From NCBI GenBank assembly GCA_002269645.1, contig NIVC01001533.1, forward strand, positions 186,001 to 250,000: a DNA stretch of 64,000 nt, given 5' to 3'. This DNA comes from Macrostomum lignano. Lineage: Eukaryota. Below, one piece after another: positions 1 to 11,334 of the stretch; within the stretch, counting starts at the first letter, position 1; every line of letters begins with the position of its first letter. Both the position numbers and the translations under genes were made by a program. The notes below the pieces were generated by a model. It worked only from the letters and a program-made list of their open reading frames with translations, ran no database searches and was not told the DNA's origin.

Positions 1-2627
1 AGCAGAGTCAAAGTTGGTCACACTTCGGGCCGGAATGCCGAGAGCTCGGGCAACTAAGGACAGGAATAGAGATTTTACGGCTCAGAGGAATCTTCAGATC
101 CCAGCATGTGTCAGTTCACAGTTTAGGTCATTTGAATGGCAGAAAATCCGACTTACGAGACGTCATAAGGCCGGAGAAGACCCAGCACTGTCCGAACTTT
201 ACCGGCGTTTTCGACTCGTAGTACTTGGCAATGATGGCCAGGCTGCCTCTCCATTCGGTTGGCGCCACGCCTCCGGCATAGTCGCCGCTCCAGTTGCCCA
301 CAAGGACGCCGTTGTCGTCGTTGCTGTTGACCAGAGCGGAGAGCGAGCGCGCGACGCTGACGGGGTCGCCCCAGCTGTCGAAGGGCAAGCCGGACTTGGC
401 CAGCAGATAGTAGGCGCAGTCCAGCACGGGGTCGTCGAACTGCGACGAGAAAGGAATTCAGACTTCAGAGCGCATTGCTAGTTTGTGCCGTAGACTCTTG
501 GTTTCAAGCTCTGTGCGCCGGTCTGTTACAATTTTCTATTCAACTACATATATATGATTTACCTGACCAAAATTCCACGACTTGCTTCCTATGCTGCGAG
601 ACGAGCCGAAGTACACCCTGCCGGTGCTCTCTAGAACGTACTCCCGACATTCAGCGCCGCTCTCCAAGTAGACGGCATCGTCTGAAAAAGATTATTCTCT
701 TTGAGCATTAAAACATTTGAGCCTATTCTTGGTATCTTTATCGGATTCGCAAATGGCGAACGAATGACAGTTTGATTCTGGCGTACTTTCTTTCTCAACA
801 ATGAACAATCATTTACAAACTGAAGTAACCATCAACCTACCCGGACAAAACGGGTTGTAGACCACTGATATGGGAAACTTCATGTCGTAGTTGAAGGTGA
901 TCTCCAGGCTGCGAGTCGCGTACATCTGCGTGATCCAGTACTTGGCAGTGATGCAGTTCTTGGCAGTGTAGAACACAACCGTCACCTTATTGCTTCCCGG
1001 ATAGACAATGACCTGTCGTGCGGCAATCCGTGTAAATAATTTTCACAAGCGCAAAACGCTACATGTTATTGAGAAAGAGTTGAAAACTCTGTCCCTTACC
1101 GAGCGCATCTGGATCGGGCAGTGGTAGGACTCGTGGTCGCTGAACCGAGTGGGCTCCTGAAGAGCAGTGGTTATGAAAATATCAGAATTACTTTTGGGGC
1201 TTCAATTCGGTTGATGTCTGAGGTCAAATAATTGGAGAGGAAGTGCTTACGCTTGATAGGGTTAGCCGAAACATACTAAATGTTCAGAAAGTTTACAAGC
1301 CAGTCCCTCATTAGCTAGCTACAAGACTTATTTAAACCTCCTGGTAAAAATATTTAAAAGGGTTAATATTTTAGTTAAAGCAAAACAAGTTTTATCCGAC
1401 ATGCACTGTAGTTTTGGTTAACCATTGAAGTGGTCCTAGTTTAATTTCGTTCTTCCCTCTGTACGGAGAACAATCTGGATAACGTATTGATAAATTAGTC
1501 TCACCTCCTTCAGATGCCAGCTCTTCTGATAGGCTTCGAAGCCGTAGTCATCCACGCTGACGCGGAACGACAGCAAATCGTAGTCATCGAATACTTCGTC
1601 GAACTCCAGGTCAAGGTAAAAGTACTCGCCCCGGCGAACCACCATGCCGCGTCGGTTGGCCACCTGATCGTACTCGACCGTGTTGCTGCGCTTGCCGCTC
1701 TTCACATAACGTGGCACGAAGCGTTTCAAGCGTAGTTCTGAATAAATAAAGAGAGTAAACTATATGTAACACGAAAGCGCTGTAAAAGGGTAATGGTTTG
1801 CAGTTCTGGTCGCCTCTCAACAAATGGAGTTTCAAAAACAAATTCAAAACTTATAGAGAGTTTTTTTTGTCAACAAGACACAATTGCGTATGATTTCTAT
1901 TGATAAGTTGAAACTTTTCTGCACCACTACTTTTCAAGGTATTGGCTTCGACTCGTAAAAAATTCGATTTCCAGCTATTTGATCAGGCTACTACACAAAC
2001 TAACTAGCAACTAGTACCAGAACGCTGCCCCCATTTCTTATTTGTAAGATGAAGAATTAGTGGAGGCTGAAGTTGTATCAAATTTGGGGCGAATTCCTGG
2101 GTAGCGAAGCGACAATTGCTGCAACATGCACAGCAGGGGTCGGCAAGCTGTTTTGCCTCAAGGGTTAGATAAGGAATTTAGACCATTGCTGCGGCCCGAA
2201 TGAGAGAGGAGTGAATAGAGAAGAGGAAATAAATGAGAAGTGAAAAGCTAGATGAGAGATGAGATAAGAGTAGATAAAAAGAGAGAAGACTAGAGAGATG
2301 AGAGCAGAAGAAAGGAGAGATGTGAGAAAGGAGGAGAGGAGAGATGAGAGAGCGGAAGAGAGGGAAGAGGAGAGAAAAGAGAGAAGAGAAAAGAGGAGAG
2401 AACTGACAAGGGAGCTGAGAAAAGACCAACCTTGAGCGGGCCGGATTGCTATTGTGAAGTTTCAAAGGACCCAAGGGTCGGATAGAGAGGCTTCTTGGGC
2501 CGGAGTTTGCCGACCCCTGATGTACAGTAAGTATATTTTAACAAATAAAACTCCCGCAAAACTCGCTCGGCTGGTAATCAAGTCCAATTGACTTACTGTC
2601 TCCATTGTTGAATCCGCTTTTCGTTAT

Positions 2628-2660
<33 letters not shown>

Positions 2661-2684
2661 AGAGGCACCCTTGGTGTTAGACAT
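1..2684 (-). CDS. TGM: Transglutaminase (invertebrate/annulin-like, protein-glutamine gamma-glutamyltransferase), 5' part; 3' exons lie beyond the left edge. Exons 2684-2597, 1737-1505, 1156-1100, 1012-841, 681-563, 439-157, 53-1
   Basis: Spliced translation MSNTKGAS(Q11)ITKSGFNNGDKLRLKRFVP...VVRRGEYFYLDLEF (TGase N domain)...YNPFCPDDAVYLESGAECREYVLESTGRVYFGS..SWNFGQFDDPVLD...[48 protein letters not shown]. All junctions are GT-AG and in frame. Confidence 0.95.
2134..2519. mobile_element. hAT-type MITE with GA-rich interior, in TGase intron 1
   Basis: TIRs CAGGGGTCGGCAA / TTGCCGACCCCTG; 8-bp TSD ATGCACAG (2126-2133) / ATGTACAG (2520-2527). Confidence 0.85.
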
Positions 2685-3614
2685 GTCGCCTTTGCTAAGT
2701 AATGAATTCTAATGTAATGTCGAATTATCTAAAAAAAAGCACCGAGTTTCTCGGAATCTTGCGCCAGCTTTTATCTGTTCGGCGCTTCTCGTGCTTATTT
2801 TTCTTTTCTGTTCTCCACCCAGTCGGAGAGAGTGGCAAGCGTTTGTCTGCATTCTTCCATCTACTGTGTTGTTGGCTACTCTACACAACTTTTGTGCCTT
2901 TGTGCCGGCAAAGAAAACTGCATAAGATTATAGAGACTGGGAGAGAAAGATAGAGATGAAGCACTGTCGGAGAGCTGCAGTTCTATTGTTCACTTGTCTA
3001 TGCGGCAAAGATTTTGGGCTCCTGAAACTCTGTACGAGGGGCATTCTATAAATTAAGAAGCTGCACTTGGGTTGCGCTTCGAAGCACGTGCCGTGTGTTT
3101 AAGCTGAGCTTTGGCTAAACAGGTTAGGGCGGAGTGTAATAGTTTTCAGATGGATACTCTCGTAGAAAGGCTCAGTTCATTCATTCCATTTTTTTGTTTT
3201 CGACGTCTGGCTACAATGCAAACTCAACGGCTGCTGGGGGGGGGCGCATTTTGCTGAGTTTGACTGTAATTTTGTTGTTGACTGCAAGCGCAGACGGGCA
3301 ATCTACCTTGTAGCTCTGCATTTGCTAAGCTGTAATCAGTTTTTGTTAAAATTCACAGCGTTCTAAACTGAATTCTGAAGTGTAAAATTTAATTACGGTA
3401 CTCAACGCTTTCGTCACGGTTAGAGTTGTCTTCCGACAAAAATCCTTTATTTCTAGCGTCAACAAAGAAGCTTTTCTTTTTTATCATAGGAGTGTAAGAA
3501 TCTAGGCGAAATAGGTAGTTAGTATAGGCTTGTGCAATAATATTACGGAGTAATGTGTGATAATTATTAATTTCAGTTCCCAGGCAGTAAGATGGCACTG
3601 GACACTAAAGGCTG

Positions 3615-6595
3615 TCACTTCCTCTTGAACCAGCGGTGGCCGACTGTGTCTCCCGCCTGCATGGTCTGAAAATATTGATTTGTGGTTAGGAAAGTTCGGT
3701 GAAATATCGGTGAATAGATACAAAATTAGGAAAAACATAAAAACATTAAACATTAATATCGCGTACAATAAACTCGTTTTGAACTCAAGCATGAGTTGAG
3801 ATATTCAATCTCTTTCTTTATTCATATTTGGTGAATTAGTTCGAACATGAACATGCACAGCTGAGGTTTCGAGATTTTTTTGTCCAAAATTGCATTTAAG
3901 GTCGATTTTTATACTACTTAGTAAGTAGCTAAACCCTCTGTTATAAGCAAATGACTACAATATATTGGAAATTTTGTAACGCACTTCAAGAGGCACAACT
4001 TATAGTGCTGATGCATAGGCGGCATAGCATGAATTTATTGTTTTTATTTATTTATCTATCATATCGTTAGAGTTTAAAACTAATACTTCCTAAGTAGAAT
4101 GACGCTGCACTCTCGAACAGTGTAGATTTTTTGGTAATTTTGGGCAATTTTAAAAATGCTAGAATTTTCAAAATCTTGCATGTAAGCTCGTAAGAAGGGC
4201 AGTTCTTTCACCGAGTTGTGCAGTATTTGAGTAAAAATTGGTTCTAATCATAATTTAGTCTCTAATCTACCACTTTACACTGAGTCTTCCGACAGACAAC
4301 AATTAGCAAGTAGTGATCTTGGCTAAATCATTTGCTATCAGGGGTTGTAGCCTAGCGGTTAGAGCGGCAGACTCGCGACTTGAAGGTCGGGGGTTCGATT
4401 CCCGATCCTTACTGGAACAATTTGTGTCCTTGAGCACTTGAACACTTAACTCTGCATTGCTTCAGTTCACCCAGCTGTAAAATGGGTGCCAGCATTAGCT
4501 GGGGTAATTGAGGGTGTGTGTGGCGACCCCCAAGTCCTTGGACTGAACAGCCGTACGCAGCCTTCAGATGCGCCGCGCAATAGCTGCGGCTGAGCTGTCG
4601 GTTGCACATCTGGCCCAATTAGGGCAGGTGTAATAAATTATTATTATTATCAGTGTAGATTTAAAGGTTTTTAGGCAAGTTCGCAACAAAGGCACAGCAA
4701 GCATTTTATTGATGAAAATATGCAAAGTCCCGAAATCACCTGCCGAAAAAATCGACGTGTAATGCAATTATCGAGTCCTCACCAGGAGCATTTCGCCGTT
4801 GTCCAATACCTCGCGGGTTTGCACAATACCGTCGGGTCCGCGCACATCGGCGCCCGGCTTCCCGGCGAACACCAGCAGTTTCCCGTCGCGCCACTCGGCC
4901 GTGCAGTCCTGCTCGTCGCCCTGCGGAGGCTTGAAACGTCGAATGCCACCCAGCTCGAGCTCCTGCTCGACGCTGAAGGCCAGCATCTTGCTAGCGATGC
5001 GGATCACCTTGTTGTCGACTTTGCTGATTGTCATCGTGGGATTTGCGTTGCTCGACACCTTCTTGACCAGGAAGGAGGCACCTAATTTGGTCAACGGAAG
5101 CGAATCGCCGTCAGGGTAAACTACGGCATCGTCAGACTTTGCTTGAAAAATAATAATTTAAATAATAGTCGGCACCAATCCATCTTGTCCCTGCTAAACC
5201 ATTCAATCGGTTGTACATCTAGCGGCGTGTGATGTATACATTCGCAGGGACGTGCATTGATTCGCCGCACTGCTTACTGGGAATTCCTCGTCCGTTGTGT
5301 ATCGCGCGGGTGTCCCCCGAACTTCGAAAGCAGGGTCGGCAAAAACTCAATGGCCAGATAGAGAATCTCTATAGATGAGAGGGGGCAGCAGAAAGGACAG
5401 GACAGAAGGAAAGGATAGAAGAGAAGAGAGAGAAGAGAAAGGAGAGAAGGAGAGAATAGAATAGAGAGGATCACAACAAAAGAATACGCGTTCAACGTCA
5501 CAGGGCGCGCCTCAAGGCCGAATCGCGAATGAACGCCACGCCGCCGGCCGAATCCGGAGCGCCGGCGTCAGCCAGCAGGCAGTCGACGAAACGCCGAGTG
5601 CGGGCCTGCCCCCGCCGGTAGGGTCCCTGCAGCGTTAGCAGCAGCACCTCCTGCTCAGGCTGTGGGCAGTACGGCTAGGTGCGGATGATGTGGCCTGCCA
5701 GCTGGAGTCACCGACGGCGCAACAGGTCGCTTGGACGGACCAGATGATACAAAGCCGCGTTGGTCACTCGCTCGTAGCCGATCTTGAAGGCGGCGCGCAG
5801 CAGGCCAGCATGCACCGCATCAACTTGTTGCTCGAGCGACTCCGTCAGCGTCCAGGTCTCGTCGTTGTACAGCAGGACGGTCTCGATCACCGCCTGGAAC
5901 AACGCCGGCGCCGCCCTCTGGCGGTCAGGTAAGGCTTCGGACTGCAGGACTGCCCTCACAGAACGAAAGGCAGCCCAGGCAAGCCCGCGGACGCCAGGAA
6001 CCAGACCTCAGAGGTAGACGAACTGCTGACAACGCAGAAGCTCTGTCGCCTGTCCATCAGCGCCTCGGCACAAAATCGCAGCTTCGATGTCGTCCGGCAC
6101 GCAGAGCACGACGGTCTTCTTTGTGTTGACGACCAGGCCGACACTAGCCGCAACAGCAACTAGCTTGTCCAGTTGTCGCTGGGCGCCCTCGACAGTTGAG
6201 GACAGCAGGGCGAGATCGTCAACGTAGCCAAGCACGCTGAGCCGACGGTCGTGGGTCGACGTCAACCAGAGAGAGAGGATATAGTTAGAGAGAGGAAAGA
6301 GCTGAGATGAGACCAACCTTCAGCGGGCCGGATTGCCATTGTGAAATTTCAAAGGACCCGAGGGCCGCATAGAGAGGCTTCGCGGACCGGATTTTGCCAA
6401 CCCCTGATCTAAGGGCATCACAAACTTGCGATCTAGCCAACAAACATGTCCAACATCCAAGACATTGAAATAGACCTTAGATTTGAGTCACATCGATTCG
6501 CCTAAGGATGTCTCACCGGCCTTCTCCATGACGGCCTCGATGTTCTCGCTTTTGTAGCCCTCCCAGGTGCCGAACAGAGCAGAGTTCTCAGTCAT
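3615..6595 (-). CDS. FABP: Fatty acid-binding protein (intracellular lipid-binding family), 142 aa; exons 6595-6517, 5081-4783, 3665-3615
   Basis: MTENSALFGTWEGYKSENIEAVMEKAG|ASFLVKKVSSNANPTMTISKVDNK...DGKLL...QTREVLDNGEMLL|TMQAGDTVGHRWFKRK*. Shows the FABP GTW motif, the canonical phase-1 intron after the Gly of helix 1 and GT-AG junctions; total 429 nt. Confidence 0.92.
4341..4650 (+). mobile_element. Full-length tRNA-derived SINE with CORE-like central domain and (TTA)n tail, in FABP intron 2
   Basis: A box TAGCCTAGCGGTTAG and B box GGTTCGATTCC; centre GTGTCCTTGAGCA..CACTTAACTCTG..CAGTTCACCCAGCTGTAAAATGGG resembles the MIR/CORE consensus; two further copies in the window. Confidence 0.85.
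5331..6406. mobile_element. Second copy of the GA-rich hAT MITE, interrupted by an RTE-like LINE fragment (FABP intron 1)
   Basis: Left end CAGGGTCGGCAAA at 5331; right end ACCAACCTT..TTTCAAAGGACCC..TTGCCAACCCCTG at 6311-6406 matches 2428-2519; TSD only 5/8. Confidence 0.65.
5495..6265 (-). mobile_element. RTE-like non-LTR retrotransposon, 5'-truncated and degenerate (RT C-terminal half)
   Basis: LGYVDDLALLSSTVEGAQRQLDKL..VGLVVNTKKT..FVYL..ETVLLYNDETWTLT..LLRAAF..RR*LQLAGHIIR; contains frameshifts and stops. Confidence 0.9.
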
Positions 6596-6977
6596 ATTGT
6601 GATGGAAAGGTGCCGTTGCTGTTACTTGCAAGCAGAAATTTGGCAACTCTTTTCCTCTTTACAGCAGTCTGTCTCGTACATTTTTCTCCACACTATAAAG
6701 AGAGCATGGGGAAGAGAAAATCTGACATTTCTTCCCTGGCGCTCTGTTCCCATAAACAGTGAAGTTGGATTTGCAAAGCTGAGCAAGGCCTGGGAATGAG
6801 GAATCCACACCTGCCAGCAAGCTCAGTATATAGGCCTGCTCAGTGAGTTACCATGGCCAACCACGGCATCGCATGAACAATATTATATGGTTAAAATGGG
6901 CGTTGAAATTTCTGTACCTTGCTTTTCTTCTTGGTAGAAGTTCATTTTCATGAATACGAGCGTACACTGCGTACACC

Positions 6978-7730
6978 TTTCCAGCAGGCTCAGCGCCCCC
7001 TTTCCAGCAGGCTCGGCGCCCCCTTTCCAGCAGGCTCGGCGCCCCCCTTTCCAGCAGGCTCGGCGCCCCCCTTTCCAGCAGGCTCGGCGCCCCCCTTTCC
7101 AGCAGGCTTGGCGCCCCCTTTCCAGCAGGCTCGGCGCCCCCCTTTCCAGCAGGCTTGGCGCCCCCCTTTCCAGCAGGCTTGGCGCCCACCCCTTTCCAGC
7201 AGGCTTGGCGCTCCCCCCATTTCCAGCAGGCTTGGCGCTCCCCCTTTCCAGCAGGCTTGGCGCCCCCCTTTCCAGCAGGCTTGGCGCTCCCCCTTTCCAG
7301 CAGGCTTGGCGCTCCCCCTTTCCAGCAGGCTTGGCGCCCCTCCATTTCCAGCAGGCTTGGCGCCCCCCATTTCCAGCAGGCTTGGCGCCCCTCCATTTCC
7401 AGCAGGCTTGGCGCCCCCCATTTCCAGCAGGCTTGGCGCTCCCCCCCATTTCCAGCAGGCTTGGCGCCCCCCCATTTCCAGCAGGCTTTGGCGCTCCCCC
7501 CCATTTCCAGTAGGCTTGGCGCTCCTCCCTTTCCATCAGGCTTGGCGCTCCTCCCTTTCCATCAGGCTTGGCGCTCCTCCCTTTCCAGCAGGCTTGGCGC
7601 TTCTCCCTTTCCAGCAGGCTTGGCGCCCCCTTTCCAGCAGGCTTGGCGCTCCTCCCTTTCCAGCAGGCTTGGCGCCCCTTTCCAGCAGGCTTGGCGCTCC
7701 CCCCCATTTCCAGCAGGCTTGGCGCCCCCC
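6978..7730. repeat. GC-rich minisatellite, about 20-24 bp unit TTCCAGCAGGCTTGGCGCCCCC(T)
   Basis: About 33 tandem copies. The overlapping ORFs on both strands are repeat artefacts. A hAT-like end GGCTACGCCCCTG follows at 7764-7776. Confidence 0.95.
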
Positions 7731-8994
7731 TAAGAAGTGACACCTCAATCAGAATCCCTAGCTGGCTACGCCCCTGGGGTCATTCTAACGCAAGGCAAGC
7801 CAAAGAGCTCAAAGCTTATTTAGCTTTACTAAGCGACTCAAATATTTGCCAAGCCAATCTGTCAATGAGTTGATATTTCCCATTTTCTAATGCTAATTGG
7901 AATTGGAAGTATCAGAATATAAAGCAAATATTTTACTACTATCCGCAACAAGACCCCAGAGTATTGCTATGGAGACCGGCAGACTCTATAATAAAACTGC
8001 TCAAGAGAAGGTTAAATGACACAAGAGAGCAGAAATGCTTTAAATTAAACAGCATAGGAATTTTGTGCTAAGTTTTAATATAATTAGTCAGACTTTGCCG
8101 ACCAGAGGGCAACAAAGTGAATTGCAGCCCTCCAAACTAGTAAAACTCAAAGAATATTACGCACGCGTAGGAAGGTTTTTTAAATAGAAAAATTGCATTA
8201 AAACAAAAGCCTAGATAAAAATGGCAGGGGGTCAAGTTAAATCGACTGAGTCGATAGAAGAAGCGAAAGAAACGTGCAGAGTGTTGGATTAAATAAAAAT
8301 GCAATGAAGAAACTGTCGCGACTTTTTTCTTACTAAAATAAGAGGATGGTCGGCATTGATAATTACGATCGAAGTAAAGTACGAAGGGGTTTGCAATGTT
8401 CGCTTCAGTGCAAAATATGAAATTTTTTTGTGTGAATATATCATCAAGTATTTTTAGTAAAGTAGTCACGGGATAATTATTTCAAGGTTACGCATAACTC
8501 GGTCGTCTAAATCTCAATAGGCTTGTAGCAGTTTAGGGAATAAAATATTTAAAGTATTAAAATATGACAGCAGGCTTGGTCTCAACGAGACTCGCTTACG
8601 AGCATGGTTTAACCAAAAATGAATGCAAAACTGTTGAAAGTGACGAACATTGAATAACTAGTTATAATAATGCGCTCGGAGTCGAAAGACGCGGGCTGTG
8701 AGAATCGCAGCACTGGGATATGATTATTAAGGTTTTGGGAAGATGGGAGTTCAGCTTTGCCATGGGCTTGAATATTGAATGAGCCTATTCCCGCTTAAAA
8801 TATTTCAACGCTTTTAGGGACCAAGAGAGCTAACAAAGCATTAACAATAGGCCAACGCTAACAACAGTCGATTCAATTTTTTTCTTTAAAAACGTTTCGG
8901 TGAAAAGTTTCTACGAGTTAGCAGAGTTAAGACTAAGAGTCAGTATTGGCGAACCCACCCGAGTCTAGCTAAGCCAATGACAGCGCGTCTTCCT

Positions 8995-10120
8995 CTAATC
9001 CTCTTCATGCCGACGCAGGTGCTTTGACAGGTGGTCACTGCGGCTGAACATGCGCTGGCATCGGTCGCAGTGAAATCGCTTCTCCCCAGTGTGAGCCCGC
9101 TTGTGCCTGGAGAGCTCATCCGAACGAGCAAACACGCGACCGCAGGCGGGCCAGTCGCAGCTGTAGGGTTTTTCACCAGTGTGGTTTCGATAGTGCACCT
9201 TCAGGTGGGAGCTCTTGTAGTAGGACTTGCCGCAGTCCGGGTGTTCGCACACGTGTGGCTTCTGCCGACGCCTGGCTTTCTGACGTGTTGCCGGGTGCGG
9301 CGGCGACTGCGGCAACGGCGGCGCCAAAGGTCGCTGTGCCGACGGTGGCAGCGCTCCTGGTTGAGATTGCTGCGTTGGCGCGGAGCGAAGAACCACAACC
9401 TTTACTGGCGTGTTCAGCGGACTGCTCAGTGCCCGCAGCGGAATTAGAAAGGCCTGAATCTCGCCGGCATCTTCATTTTGTATTTGGTTAATCGCGGCAT
9501 CGTTAGCTTGTCCCAGTAGGCCGGCGGCGACTCTGGATAAGGACTCAACGCTGCTGCCGCTGCCGCTACGCGATCGTTTCGCGGCCGACGGCTCTCCATC
9601 GACGTCGATGTCGACGTCATCGCCAAGCGGGCAGTCGGAGCCCACGCTGGCTGTTGCGCTGTCGGGTCTCTGCGGCGACATGCCAGCGACTGGGGGGCCG
9701 CTGACGTTGACATCCCAAAGCAGCGGGTTCACCATGGAGCAGCTCATCGGCAATGTTGACTGCGTTTGCGGAGGTTGAGCGAATCAGACAGAGTCCGCAA
9801 ATAAAAACTGCAGTAATGACAAGCTACGTTTGAAAACCCGAATACAAGCTAAACCCGTTCGTCAGACTCACCTCAACTAAATCTCGTCCGTCCGGCATCT
9901 TGGCCAGTCCTGCTTCTGTTGCAAAATCGCCGACAAGCAATCCGTCATTTGGCACCGAGGCCTTCCGTATGCGCATCTGGTCATCAGTGGTCAGCTGCTG
10001 CTGCTGCTGCTGCTGCTGCTGTATCAGAGCGGGTGGCAGGCGGTCCAACTTGAACTTCAACCGTCTCGCTGCAGCATTTACAGTTTCAGCGCTCCAGTCA
10101 GGCTTAGAGAGCGACTCCAT
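8995..10120 (-). CDS. KLF10/11: Kruppel-like factor, KLF10/11 (TIEG/cabut)-like; exons 10120-9872 and 9759-8995
   Basis: Three C-terminal C2H2 fingers: [81 protein letters not shown]. Phase-0 intron GAG|gtgagt...aacgcag|TCA. The start codon is the least certain part. Confidence 0.9.
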
Positions 10121-11334
10121 TCGCTTGAGGGATTGAATGAATTTGCTATTGCCTCGTTGGTCTGAACAGTTTGGAATACAAGGCGCCAGCCTTGCAAGAG
10201 CAGGTATAGTATATTATAAGTTTTAGGAAAGCAAAAAATCGATGTTTGGAGCCTTGGCGATGCGCCTAGTATTTACTGCAAATACTACGGGGGCTGGCAA
10301 CCAACCCGATAGAGGCGTATCACCACTTGGCCTCATGGACTCGGATTCACCCCCAGTCTTCCTCTTCCTCCCTTTCTCTCTCCATTTACATGTACTATCG
10401 CTATTCAAATCTTTTAGGGATTCTCCTGTATGCCAAAAATAACTTGCCTGTACAATGCGTTTGCTAGTCCTCGAAGCGGCGGCCTTTCGACTGAATAGGC
10501 ACGCAGTTTACGCGTGATCCACTCCGCCAACCTCACCCAGCAAGTCCTCTCTCTAACCCGCCATTTCCTCTCCAGTTCCAGCCGAGAGAAATCTCTCTAT
10601 TTTCTCTCTCTTTCTTCCTCGTCGCAAAAACTTTTTTCTCTGGATCCGAGTAAAGTTTGAGTCCAAAAACGGGTCCACATAGGCATGCACAAGGGGTGGG
10701 GGCGATAGAAACGAATTTAGGTGTATGAAGAGCGCGAAGGCCGCCGGTCAAAAACAAGACGCGGGCCCGGCCTAGCAACAGAAACAGGGGAAAGAGAATG
10801 AAGGGCGTAGCTATAGTCCGCACAAAACTGGCTGACTGCCCACTTATCCACTCCCCTTGACTGCATAATGTACACCAATGCCCTCATCAGTCCTATAGCT
10901 AGTTGTACACCACTAACGGGTGTGTCTATGCCAGGACGTTACCCAAGGGTCAACAGAGGGAGAGTCACTCAGCACAGGCGTGCGCAGCCAGCTGTGTTTT
11001 TCTCTGCAGCGGCATCGAGAGAGAGAGAAACAGGAAGATAAAAGTGCAGCCCCACCAAAGCCGTCGAATTCATGCAGCCCGCCCACGACGCACAGCCGAT
11101 GGGACCACTATATCCAACAAGCAAGCTCACTGTTTTCCTCCTCTCTGCAGCTGGTAAGCTTGATGAAGAGAAGGGGCAGCCAGCTGGTGATGGGTGGTTA
11201 GAGAAATCTTTCTAGGAAGTACGCGCGAACCTGCTACAGTCTCCTAAGCCTTGCTCGGCTTGGTTAGACCAAAACTGCTTCATTGTATACATGTACATAT
11301 GCTCATAACATGCATGTAGACACAGGTTACATGC

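Noticed and set aside
4341-4412. tRNA gene (apparent CGC anticodon)
   Set aside because: The anticodon and acceptor stems do not pair, and the sequence continues into a SINE body present three times in the window.
6848-7873. Long overlapping ORFs on both strands
   Set aside because: Artefacts of a stop-free GC-rich minisatellite.
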